A stretch of DNA of 64,000 nt from the human T2T-CHM13v2.0 reference genome, Homo sapiens, in NCBI RefSeq assembly GCF_009914755.1, contig NC_060927.1. The stretch is one strand, 5' to 3'. Shown here in pieces: positions 24,499 through 36,429 of this stretch (position 1 is the stretch's first letter; every line of letters starts with the position of its first letter). A model generated the notes under the pieces. That model was not told where the DNA came from and did not search any database. It saw only the letters and a list, made by a program, of their open reading frames with translations. A program made the position numbers and the translations under genes.

Positions 24499-27420
24499 GG
24501 GGACTCCCAGGCAAGATGGCCAAGTAAGAACAGCTCTGGTCTGCAGCTCCTAGCGAGACCAATGCAGAAGGCCAGTGATTTCTGCATTTCCAACTGAGGT
24601 ACCCGGTTCATATAACTGGGACTGGTTAGACAGTGGGTGCAGCCCACGGAGGGTGAGCCGAAGCAGGGTAGGGTGTCACCTCACCCTAGAAGTGCAAGGG
24701 GTCAGGAACTCCCTCCCTAGCGAGACCAATGCAGAAGGCCAGTGATTTCTGCATTTCCAACTGAGGTACCCGGTTCATATAACTGGGACTGGTTAGACAG
24801 TGGGTGCAGCCCACGGAGGGTGAGCAGAAGCAGGGTAGGGTGTCACCTCACCCTAGAAGTGCAAGGGGTCAGGAACTCCCTCCCCTAAGGAAAGCTGTGA
24901 GGGAACTTGCCATGAGGGACGGTGCTATCTGGCCCATATACTACGCTTTTCCCAAGGTCTTTGAAACCAACAGAACAGGAGATTCCCTCAGGTGCCTACA
25001 CCACAAGGGCCCTGGGTTTCACGCACAAAACCGGGCATTCGTTTGGGCAGACACTGAGCTAGCTGCAGGAGTTTTTTTTCATACCCCAGTGACGCCTGGG
25101 ACACCACTGAGACAGAACTGTTCATGCCCCTGGAAAGGCGGCTGAAGCCAGGGAGCCAAGTGGTCTTGCTCGGCAGATCCCACCAGCACGGAGCCCAGCA
25201 AGCCAGGATCCACTGGCTTGAAATTCTCCCTGCCAGCACAGCAGTCAGAAGTCAACCTGGGATGCTCAAGCTTAATGGGGAAGGGGCATCCACCATTAAT
25301 GAGGCTTGAGTAGGCAGTTTTCCCCTCACAGTGTAAACAAAGCTGCCAGGAAGTTTGGACTGGGTGGAGCCCACCGCGGCGCCACAAAGCCACTGTAGCC
25401 AGACTGCCTCTCTAGATTCCTTCTCTCTGGGCATGGTATCTCTGAATGAAAGGCAGCAGCCCCAGTCAGGGGCTTGTAGATAAAACTCCCATCTCCTTGG
25501 GACAGACACCTGGGGGAAGGGGAAGCTGTGGGCATAGCTTCAGCAGACTTAAATATTCCTGCCTCCCATCTCTGAAGACAGCAGCAGATCTCCCAGCACA
25601 ACACTGGAGCTCTACTAAGAGACAGACTACCTCTTCTAGTGGGCCCCTGACCCCGTGCCTCCGGAGGGCGTGAAACTTCCCAACAGGGGTTGACAGATTC
25701 CTCATACAGGAGAGCTCCAGCTGGCATCTGGCAGGTGTCCCTCTGGGATGAAGCTTCCAGAGGAAGGAGCAGGCAGCAATTTTCACTGTTCTGCAGCCTC
25801 TGCTGGTGATACCCAGGCAAACAGGGTCTGGAGTGGACCTCTAGCAAACTCCAGCAGACCTGCAGTAGAGGGGCTTGACTGTTAGAAGGAAAACTAACAA
25901 ACAGAAAGGAATATCATCAACATCAACAAAAAGGACATCCACACAGAAATCCCATCTGAAGGTCACCAACATCAAAGACCAAAGGCAGATAAAGCCACAA
26001 AAGGGAGGAAAAACCAGCACAAAAAGGCTGAAAATTCCAAAACCAGAGTGCCTCTTCTCCTCCAAAGGATCACAACTCCTTACCAGCAAGGGAACAAAAC
26101 TAGACAGAGAATGAGTTTGACAAATTGACAGAAGTAGGCTTCAGAAGATGGGTAACAACAAATTCCTCCGAGCTAAAGGAGCATGTTCTAATCCAATGCA
26201 AGGAAACTAAGAACCTTGATAAAAAAATTACAGGAACTGCTAACTAGAATAACCAGTTTAGAGAAGAACATAAATGACCTGATGGAGCTGAAAAACACAC
26301 CATGGGAACTTCGTGAAGCATAAACTAGTATCAATAGCCGAATCAATCAAGTGGGAGGAAGGATATCAGAGATTGAAGATCAACTTAATGAAATAAAGCA
26401 TGAAGACTAGATTAGAGAAAAAAGAGTGAAAAGGAATGAGTAAAGCATCCAAGAAATATGGGACTATGTGAAAAGACCAAACCTACATTTGATTGGTGTA
26501 CCTGAAAGTGACGGGGGAATGGAACCAAGTTGGAAAACAAACTTCAGGATATTAGCCAGGAAGGAGAACTTCCCCAACATAGCAAGACAGGCCAACATCC
26601 AAATTCAAGAAATACAGAGAACACCACAAAGATACTCTTTGAGGACAGCAACCCCAAAACACATAATCGTCAGATTCACCAAGGTTGAAATGAAGAAAAA
26701 AAACGTTAAGAGCAGCCAAAGAGAAAGGTCGAGTTACCCACAAAGAAAATCCCATCAGACTAACAGCGGATCTCTCTGCAGAAACCCTACAAGCCAGAAG
26801 AGAGTGGGGGCCAATATTCAACATTCTTAAAGAAAATAATTTTCAATCCAGAATTTCATGTCCAGCCAAACTAAGCTTCAGAAGTGAAGGAGAAATAAAA
26901 TCCTTTACAGACAATACTGAGGGATTTTGTCACCACAAGGCCTGCCTTAGAAGAGCTCCTGAAGGAAGCACAAGGGAGCACTAAATATGGAAAGGAAAAA
27001 TCTGTACCAGCCACTGCAAAAACAAAGCAAAATGTAAAGACCATTGACACTATGAAGAAACTGCATCAACGAATGGGCAAAATAACCAGCTAGCATCATA
27101 ATGACAAGATCAAATTCAGACATAACATTAAATTTAATGGGCTAACAGAAAACCTAACACCACATATTTTCACTCATAAGTGGGAGTTGAACAATGAGAA
27201 CATATGGGCACAGGGAGGGGAAAGTCACACACTGGGGCCTGTTGTGGGGTGGGGGGCAAGGGGAGGGATAGCATTAGGAGAAATACCTAATGTAGATGAT
27301 GGGTTGATGTGTGCTGCAAACCACCATGGAACATGTATACCTATATAACAAACCTGCATGTTCTGCACACGTATCCCAGAACTTGAAGTGTTATCCCAGA
27401 ACTTGAAGTGTAATTTAACA
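24499..27420 (+). mobile_element. L1PA (older primate subfamily): full 5' UTR and disrupted ORF1, nearly all of ORF2 missing, 3' UTR present
   Basis: 5' end 'ggggactcccaggcaagatggcc'; ORF1 remnants (KRPNLHLIGVPESD, ENFPNIARQANIQIQEIQRTP); ORF2 ATG at 27101 jumps at ~27145 to the ORF2 end and 3' UTR. Confidence 0.93.
24549..24884. repeat. 167-bp tandem duplication inside the L1 5' UTR
   Basis: 'tagcgagaccaatgcagaagg...gtcaggaactccctccc' starts at 24551 and 24718; one mismatch seen. Confidence 0.92.
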
Positions 27421-27427
27421 CAAATTT

Positions 27428-28873
27428 AACTAAATTTTTCCCAAAGTCAGCTTGGTCTATGCCCAGGAATGACCAAGGATAGCTTGGTGGTTAGAAGCAA
27501 GATGGAGTCAACTATGTCAGATTTCTCTTACTGTCATAAGTCATCTATATCCCTACTTCACACCATTTTATTTCTCTCTTAAAAGCAGGTAGTGTTTGCC
27601 TTAGTATCCATATGAATCCTAAGGGCACAGGGCAAAGAAAAGAGACCTGAGTGCAGGAGCCAGGCTGTGGAGCGTGTGTGTGGGCCTGCATCTGGGTCTG
27701 GGTCTGAAGCTGGAGCTGGGGCTGGGTCTGAGGCTGGAACTGGGGCTTGTTCTGATGCTGGATCTGGGTCTTGGCCTGGGGCTGAGGCTGAGTGAGACAT
27801 GATCCAGGCCTGAGTCTGGTCCTGGGTTTGGGCCTGGGCCTGGGACTTAGGCTGGGTGAGCCTGGGGCTGAGATGAGACTGAAGTTGGGACTTGGGCTGA
27901 GCTGGGCCTGGGGTGGTAAGTTTCCACCTGTAAGAGGAAGTCAGGGCTGCTGCTGAGCTCCAGAGGCCTTGACCCTCATCAAGTCAGCAGATATCAAGAG
28001 TCCTATCTATACTTTTTCTAATAAGGTCACTGAACTATCAGTGAACTATCAGTGACAGAGAATTCTGCTCCTTTCATATGCAGACTTTCCTTTAAATTCA
28101 GAAATCTTGATATCTGGATTAAAATAAAAGTTTATCAAGAGAAGAACAAAAGTGAAGATACAGCTTCAGTTTGGGCAGAGTCTTAACAATTAGTTTGTAT
28201 ACAGAACACATTTAGGTTTTTTAGTTTTTTTGAACCTTGAAAACTTTCAGTTACTAGGTCTTACAAGTTTTAAAGTAATATTTTTAACTAAATATTCCTT
28301 TTGTTTGTTACCGATATTTTTGGAATCGAGGGATTATTTCTGTAACTTTTGTTTCTAAAACTTTGTGGATCTATGATTCTATAAAAGTAGCTAATAGTTT
28401 TTAGTTATCCATGTTAGAGGCTGGGTAACATACCTTAAGAACAACTCCTTCAATTCCAGCTCTGCCTTTAACTTGATTTTCAGTGTATCAGTTAGCTCTC
28501 ACAACCTCATTTTTGATATAATAGCATTGCCTCAGGGAATTGTGAGCAGTCCATCAGCTAATAAGAACAATATAGGAAATAGATAAGCTATAAAATATTC
28601 ATTCCCTTCATAGGTCAAGGCTTTCCTATCCTCCAGGTCTCACTATCAGAATTCTGTTCCCAGAAGACACGAGCTACTTTCAGCTGAGTTGCTTTCTGAG
28701 TTGAGTAAAAGTGGCTATGAGATTGTAAAATATCTCATGCTAACTTGTTGAAGTATAAGTTACTATTCCAATGTGGACTCATTTTGCTTCTTTGGTTTGT
28801 ACTTGGTAAAAGTACAAAGAAAATAACCTTTATTTATTTATTTATTTATTTTATTATTTTTTTTTTTGAGACA
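27428..28873 (-). repeat. Inverted duplication, left (derived) arm
   Basis: Reverse complement of 37275-38650; the identical 73-aa ORF appears at 27579..27800(-) and 38278..38499(+). Confidence 0.95.
27650..27950. repeat. Degenerate (CTGGGN)n G-rich hexamer repeat
   Basis: 'ctgggtctgggtctgaagctggagctggggctgggtctgaggctgg...'; mirror copy at ~38130-38430. Confidence 0.85.
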
Positions 28874-29137
28874 AGAGTCTCGCTCTGTCACCCAGGCTGG
28901 AGTGCAGTGGCACGATCTTGGCTCACTGCAAGCTCCTCTTCCTGAGTTCACACCACTCTCCTGCCTCAGCCTCCTGAGTAGCTGGGACTACAAGTGCCCG
29001 CCACCACGCCCAGCTAATTTTTTGTGTATTTAGTAGAGACAGGGTTTCACCATGGTCTGAATCTCCTGACCTTGTGATCCATCCGCCTCAGCCTCCCAAA
29101 GTGCTGGGATTACAGGTGTGAGCCACTGCACCCAGCT
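28830..29137 (-). mobile_element. Alu (Y/Sc-like), probably chimeric
   Basis: Antisense Alu whose tail and 3' flank match the Alu at 37003-37313 but whose body and 5' flank differ. Confidence 0.9.
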
Positions 29138-29680
29138 GAGAATATGTAAATTTTCAGAATAGAAATTTATCTAAATAATGCCCAGATGTACTATGTTTAT
29201 AGGAAGCTGGCTGCTTCAGTGATGCAATAATAAATCTTACGGCACAGAACACTATATGTTACAGTAAGATTATCAGACAGAGACAATGAGTCTTGGTCAT
29301 ATTTTGTCTAAATATCAATAATATGGAGAATATTTTATCAGGAAATTTGCTCTTTCGTAACTTTCTATTGAAGTTAATAGTGTATTCAAATACAAACTTT
29401 GCTAGATTATTAATTCTAACTGTAAAAATAGTAATTTGATCAGATTTCTAAAGATAGCAAATTATTATCCTTTCCATGGCACATTTAAATCTATATAGAC
29501 CAATACTTGAAAGATATAATGCTACATGGATATGTGTGTATAGTTCACATAAAGAAAAGGAAGAAGAAATGTGCTGTACAAAATTATTAGCCTTGTTACA
29601 GTAACTCAGGCCTGTCTCTTGGTTGTATTATTATCATCTCCAATGTACTGATGAGGAAACAAGCTTTAAGAGATCTAGTA

Positions 29681-29815
29681 GTTGGGTGCACTGGCTCATG
29701 GCTGTAATCCAAGCACTTTGGGAGGCTGAGGCAGGAGGATCACTCAAGCCCCGGAGTTCAACTCCAGCCTGGGCAAGAAAGCAAGACCCCATCTCTACAA
29801 AAATTACAATAAAAA
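29681..29815 (+). mobile_element. Alu monomer (FLAM-like) inserted into a MIR
   Basis: Single left-arm-like unit with A-rich end; flanks 'agagat(c/g)tagta'; MIR text on both sides. Confidence 0.75.
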
Positions 29816-30010
29816 GAGAGAGAGATGTAGTAAAGGAGTCCTCAAGGCAAGTGTCAGAGTTGGCTTTGAAATCTAGATCTATCTGGCTTTAAAGAAAAAT
29901 GAACTCTCTGTAACAATCTCTTCTGAAATGAAATCCAAGTTATCATCTAAAAGTTTAAGCCACAGATATATAAACAAGAAACTATTTATAAACCATAGAG
30001 GAGTATCATT

Positions 30011-30316
30011 TTCTTTTCTTTTTTTTTTTTTGAGACAGCCTTGCTCTGTCACCCAGGCTGGATGGAGTGCAGTGGCACCATCTCTGCTCATGGCAGCCTC
30101 TGCCTCCAGGGTTCAAGGGATTCTCCTGTCTCAGCCTCCTGAGTAGCTGGGATTACATGTGCTCGCCACCACTCCCAGCTAATTTTTGTATTTTTAGTAG
30201 AGACGGGGTTTCACCATGTTGATCAGGCTAGTCTTGAACTCCTGGCCTCAAGTGATCCTCCCACCTTGGCCTACCAAAGTGCTGAGATTACAGGTGTGAG
30301 CCACTGTGCTTGACCT
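30011..30316 (-). mobile_element. AluS-like
   Basis: Antisense Alu; TSD 'ggag(t/c)atcattttc'. Confidence 0.93.
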
Positions 30317-31154
30317 GGAGCATCATTTTCAGTGGGAAAACACTGATATGGGGAGGAGAAATGTTTTTCCTTCTGAAAATGTAGTTTTTTTTTCATTTAA
30401 GATTTAACTTTTTGACAATATAGAGAGTTTAAAATTAATTTAATGAATGCTAATTTCCGAGCTTTCCATCCAAAGTGTAGTAAGTCAAAATATATAAAAG
30501 TGCATATTTTAAAAACCCTCATTCAAGTTCGTTTGTGGTAAACTTCAAAATTATTATCATAGGGTGAAAGAATGAGAGGGCAGGTGTTGAAACAGATGAT
30601 GTCTCAGCTTACATTGTACACACTTCCTGTGGTTTTTTAACGTGTCAAAACTAAGAAATAAATATGGTGTGTTTGAAAATTGGCACATCCTACCAGACTA
30701 ATATGTGTACACAGTACACTATTACCTCACCTTTAATATTCATTGTGTCCACAGCTGGGATAAATACTTGCGTTGGGTGACCATGGGGCAGAGCAGCCTG
30801 TGCTTTGTGTATATGAAGAGTTTTCTAGAAGGTGAACTCATCCCAATAAAAAACTGAGTCAAACAGGCAAGTTCAGCCTTATCTTATCTAAGAATAAAGC
30901 CTCAGATAGAGGAGATGGGCAATTCTGAGTGTAGCACAATGGAGCAAAGCGATTGTTCAAAACGTTTATCTTTGGCAATCTCAGGAAAATGCCATGGAAA
31001 ATAACCTGGAGCAGAAGAGGGGAAGGAAGCATGAGCATGTGATTGTAAATGAGACACATCCCAGTGGCCTTACATAAATATACACCTGGGTAGAACTGTA
31101 GACATGCTGAGGAGGTGGACTTGGAAAATTATTGACATACACAGAAAATTTTGC

Positions 31155-31531
31155 TGTTGTCTTTGTCCATGATCTATTACAACTGAACATCTGAGACAGG
31201 GTCAGTTAAAAAAATGAAGGCTTATTTAGTTCATGATTTTGAAGGCCAAGAAGTCTAGAATCATGGCACCAACATCTGTTGAGGGCCTTCTTGCTCCATC
31301 ATAACCCGGCAGAAGGCATCACAAAGCAAGAGAGCAAGAGCATGTGTGTCACGTATGTCAGCTCGGATCTCTCTTCCTTTTCTTATGAAGCTGCCAGTGC
31401 TATCGTGGGGGTTCTGCCTTGATGACTTTATCTAATGCTGACTACTTCCCAAAGGTGCCACCTTCAATCAAGAATTTGGGGATTAAGTCTCCAAAGCATG
31501 ATATTTAGAAAACATATTCAAACCAGAGCAT
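31155..31531 (-). mobile_element. MaLR solo LTR (MST-like)
   Basis: 'atctgttgagggccttcttgct...catattcaaaccagagca' antisense MST pattern. Confidence 0.75.
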
Positions 31532-33239
31532 TATGTATAGACAGAAATATACACATATTTAGTACATTTTAAAAGAAAGTAAGGCTCACTACATCAATCA
31601 TACAATCATTTAGTTCCTACGTCACATTTGCTCATTAGACTTTGTCTATAACCAAGAGTAGTGAGAAGTAAATTAAGTTGCTGAGATGTCTTTTTGGTTC
31701 TAAACACATTCAAGATAAAATGATTTTAAATAAGTAGAATTGCTTGGCAGCTTGCCACTTCTGTAACAATTCTGCTTATTTAACAAATATTCTTTGGATG
31801 CTCCGTGTTTGCCAGAAATTTTGCTGTTGGTTAAACTATAAATAACAAATATTTTCCTCCATTAATTAACTCACGGTCTTTTAGGGAAATCAGGCGTGTA
31901 AATACACATACATAAAGTGGTCGGTGAAAAAACAGAGATGTGCCCAGGTTGCAAAAGAACAGGAAGAGAGGTTGCAATTCTTGCTTATTATGGCAGGGGA
32001 CGATTTGGAGATGATACTAATTCTACTAGGGCTGGCATGGAGGGAGCGCAGCAACAGAGACAGAGCTGAAGCATAAAGGTGGAAGGTGGGCATTTGCAGG
32101 CAAACCAATGAGGGAGCAATTTTTGTGTCACTGTGCCTTTTCAGATGAGAAAATTGGTAGTTAGTAGAAAAGTAATACATACATGTAATACTGTTCAGTT
32201 TACAATGGAGCATACCTGGAACCATTCAAGCGTTTTCAAACGAGCCCTTTTTTTTTTGTCATAAGGAAGGCTTAATCAAAGACAGAAAATAAAATTGGAT
32301 AAACTTTTAAATAATTAATTTTACATACTTTGTCCTGCCAGCTTTCTTTGAATGCCCTGCCAGCTCTGTCATCCTTATTCCAATTCCAGCCATCTCTTAA
32401 ATATTAGCATTCTCAGCTCCATTTTCTTTTCACTCTTTTTTCCCTCAGAAAATTTTATTCTCATACATGGATTTACATCTCTGAGTTTGAATTGGTTTCT
32501 ATGCTACCTGCACAGATTTTCACCTGCCTTTCTGTGCAACTCTATATGAAGATAAATTCATGGGTTCAAAAGAGGGAGCTCAGTGTCTCCCTCAACACAT
32601 TTTGTACCTTCTGCACATTCTCTTAGGAACAAAAATGCCATTTCTTTTGCTCCCTCTCCCTCATGTCTACATCCCCTTATTTGTCTAGCCTCTAATTTAG
32701 TTTTTGTATTCTTATTTCAATCCCTCATCATGTTTCACCTGGATCATCTATTTTTTTAATCAAATAAACATTCATGTGCATTTATTTATCTAATATCTAT
32801 CCATGGCTTAGGAATTGTGCTTAGAACTAGGGGAGCACATGAAGAAAAAAAAAAAGGAACAAATAAGTGATCCAAAAAGTAAAAGAAACAAACAGAGAAT
32901 TTAAAAAATATGAAAAATTCTTGGATGGGGCATAAGAACAGCTTCTATAGCCCATATGATGTCTTTGTAAGAATTAGTAAAAACATACCCTATGGAGAAT
33001 GTAACCCCATGCATGATAGGTGCAAGGCTTGGCTTGCAGAGCAGTGACCCGTTTCTAGGCCCACTCTCCCCTCAGTTGGGCATGGACTGCACAACCTCTG
33101 TGAACCTTCAAGCATAGGTTATGATGGCAGCCCAGTGAAGGGATACTTTATGTAACTTCAGGATATGCAGAAGTTTATCTCTAAATCTCATTTCAACATT
33201 TTATAGATATTCTGTCAGTAAAAATAAATATTTTTAAAA

Positions 33240-33494
33240 TATTTTTTATCATTCAAGTAGTGTACATTGTACCCAATAGGTAGCTTTTCATTCTTCCTAC
33301 CCTGTCCCCAATGTTTATTATAACACTCTGTATGCCTTTGTGTATCCATAGCTTAGTTTCCAGTTATAAGGGAGTCATGCAGTATTTGGTTTTCGATTCC
33401 TGAGTGACTTCACTTAGAATAATGGCCTCTAGTTCCATCCAAGTTTCTGCAAAAGACATTTCATTATTTTCATGGCTGAGTAGTATTCTATAGT

Positions 33495-33554
<60 letters not shown>

Positions 33555-33680
33555 ATATATAATCACATTTTCTTTATTCACTCATCAGTTGATGGGCACT
33601 TAGGCTGATTCCACATCTTTGCAACTGTGCAATACGCTGTGATAAACATATGCATGCAGGTGTCTTTTTGATATAAATAC
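33240..33680 (-). mobile_element. L1 3' end (L1PB/MA-like) with internal (TA)n expansion
   Basis: 'cacttagaataatggcctctagttccatcc...ttcatggctgagtagtattc' followed by a (TA)n tract at ~33495-33560. Confidence 0.85.
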
Positions 33681-33749
33681 TAAACACCTCTATCAAAGAA
33701 GGCCCAAAATGGCAGGAGAAACATTTCATATAAAACAATAATTATCAGG

Positions 33750-33975
33750 ATAGTCACTTGTTATTGAGTACCTATATTGCATCTGATGTTGTAAATATAT
33801 TCAAATATTTAATCCCTAAAGCAACCTTTAAAGTTAAGTGTTACCACTCTCATCTCCAGATGAGGCAGTGAAGTGTCTGAGGGATCTAATAAACTGTTCA
33901 AGTTACACACATGAAAATTTGATGTACACTTATTCTGATTCCAAAGGCCAGGCTTTTTTAGATCTTAGCACTGCT
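33750..33975 (-). mobile_element. MIR SINE
   Basis: 'ttattgagtacctatattgc...ctctcatctccagatgaggcagtgaag'. Confidence 0.6.
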
Positions 33976-34059
33976 CTTATACAAGCAACAAATGAAAGAG
34001 GTTCAAGGAAAGAGAAATTTCACCCAATGTATTGAGGAAAAGGGTAAATATGGATGCTA

Positions 34060-34418
34060 CTGCAATAGACTGAAAGGTTATGTCCTCTCAAAATTCATGT
34101 GCTGAAATCTAATCTCCAAGGTGATGGTATTAGAATGTGGAACATTTGGGAAGTGATTATGTCATGAGGGTGGGATGGGATTAGTGTCCTTATAAAAGAG
34201 GCCCCAGAGAGTTCCATCATCCTTTCCATCATGTGACAACACAGTGAGAAAATGGCTGCCTGTGAACCAGGAAGTAGGCCCTCAGCAGACAAGGAATCTC
34301 CCAGCACCTTGATCTTGGACTTCCCAGCCTCCAGAACTGTGAGAAATACATTTCTGTTGTTCATAAGCCACCAACTCTATGGTACTTTGTTATAGAAACC
34401 TGAATGGACTTAGACACC
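34060..34418 (+). mobile_element. MaLR solo LTR (MLT1A/B-like)
   Basis: 'cagcaccttgatcttggacttcccagcctccagaactgtgagaaatacatttctg'. Confidence 0.85.
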
Positions 34419-34813
34419 ATTTAAAACTGTTTGAAAGATTTTAATAAAGAAGAATTAGCTTTAGTCTGTGTTGCTTTACAGGTCACAGCTTAGCCAGTTG
34501 GTAGAAGGGAATTGATGTGATGTTCAGCTCCACACAGTAACAAACTTTGTGTTCCTATGACTGTCTGAAAATTGCATGAGCTACCTTGAAAAGTAATGTA
34601 CTCCCCATCACTGTCTATGTTCCGAATTGTTGGAAGTGCTGTAAAGAGAGTGCAAATCTTAGGCTGGCCTGAATGACTTCTAGGTTCCCTTCTGCTTGAA
34701 GATTCTATGTCTGCAAGTACTGCTGGAAGCACAACAGAGGCTTGTACATAAATTAATTCCCAATTTTCATGCACCTGAGGTCAGTTTGAACCATTATTTT
34801 TTTTTTAAAAAAA

Positions 34814-35106
34814 GGCCGTGCACGGTGGCTTATGCCTGTAATCTCAGCACTTTGGGAGGCCAAGGCAGGCGGATCACAAGGTCAGGAGATCGAGACCATC
34901 CTGGCTAACACGGTGAAACCCCATCTCTACTAAAAATACAAAAAACTAGCCGGGCGTGGTGGCATTTGCCTGTAGTCTCAGTGACTTGGGAGGCTGAGAC
35001 ACGAGAATCGCTTGAACCCAGGAGGTGGAGATTGCAGTGAGTCTAGATGGCACCCCTGCACTGCAGCCTGGGAGACAGAGCAAGACTCTACCTCAAAAAA
35101 AAAAAA
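34814..35106 (+). mobile_element. Alu (Sc/Y-like)
   Basis: Sense Alu dimer with poly-A. Confidence 0.95.
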
Positions 35107-36376
35107 GCCTTCTCATTTCTGTTCAAATTGCCATTGATCTTCTATTCAAATTGCCTTAGCTATTTACACTACTTAAAATGCTACACATGGAATATTAACT
35201 AACCTTTATTGAGTGCTTACTACTTGCAGGATCTAATGGTTCTAATAGCTCCACAAACATTAAACCTTTGTATCCTCTTAACAAATTCACGACGAGGTAG
35301 GTGTTATTATCTTCATTTGACAGATGAGAACATCAAGGCAATTTGATGGTAAATATCCTGCTAAGAATTACAGAGTTAATAAATGAAGGAGAAACATAGT
35401 AGGAATGTAGATTTCGGCAATGTCATCCTCTCTCCCCTTCCTCCGTTAAATCAGCATACTTAGGCTCACTCACACTACCCTGCTGAGTTTCTCCTTTAAG
35501 CAACTTTGTACCAGATACTTGTGCTGTATCTTGCAGGGCGAGTTATCTGCATTTGTTAGAGTTCAAAACGCTAACCTTAGGGAGAACAAAGATGGTGAGA
35601 GATTACAGGCAGGAGATAAGTTTTTCTTTTACTTTCTCTACACCATAGAATTTGTAACAGGTTAGCATTTAGACAATTTATTATATATAAATCTAGCTCT
35701 GACTGTCAAGTTCCTTTTTACTGCTATGTTCATAAGACTTGATGATATTTATTAAATCTCTCAAGTCATCTTTCCTTTTCATCGTTCTTCAGCACTCTGT
35801 TTTTAATAGCCAATGCTTAGTCAAGTTAATTTAAAGATTTACTGTCCAGAAGTTACAGTAAATTTTTTTTTTTTTTTACCAAAAATGGTGTGAGTAATGA
35901 CCTGTTGTTGACATATCTTTCCTCCAGATTTTCTTTGCTGCATTAACTCTTCAAGGTCATAACTAATGACTTTCTCATGACCTTGAATTTCCTGGATTTG
36001 TTTACTCAGAACAACTGAACAGGTCATTTTTATACATATCTTAGAATCTCAATAATTAAAACTGTCTCTATTGACAGTGCCAAAGAATAGGAATAAAATT
36101 GATAAAGAATATTGAAAAATGTGGACATATAAACACATTTTTACCATCTGTGCTACTACATGAAGCAATGCCACAGGCAATACTAATCAAAGTGAAATAC
36201 AAATGCAAATTAAATAATGTGACATTTTAACAACACATTTCCCTTCCTTGAAAATGCCTTACCCCAATACTAAAATTAATTTGCATTCTTAAAAAAACAA
36301 AAAACAGACTGGTGGAGCCAGCAGCATAGACAATAGGAAATTGCCTCAGGATTTGTAATTTGTCTTGAGTAGCACA

Positions 36377-36429
36377 AACACACACACACACACACACACT
36401 CTCACTCTCTCTCTCTCTCTCTCTCTCTC
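36377..36429. repeat. (CA)n(CT)n compound microsatellite
   Basis: Direct read. Confidence 0.9.

Noticed and set aside
24804-26830. Cluster of 60-173-aa ORFs on both strands
   Set aside because: All lie in the L1 5' UTR and ORF1, which is broken by stops and frameshifts
27579-27800. 73-aa Pro/Ala/Asp-rich ORF present identically twice (also 38278-38499)
   Set aside because: The identity follows from the DNA duplication, and the peptide is the translation of a low-complexity hexamer repeat; no independent coding evidence
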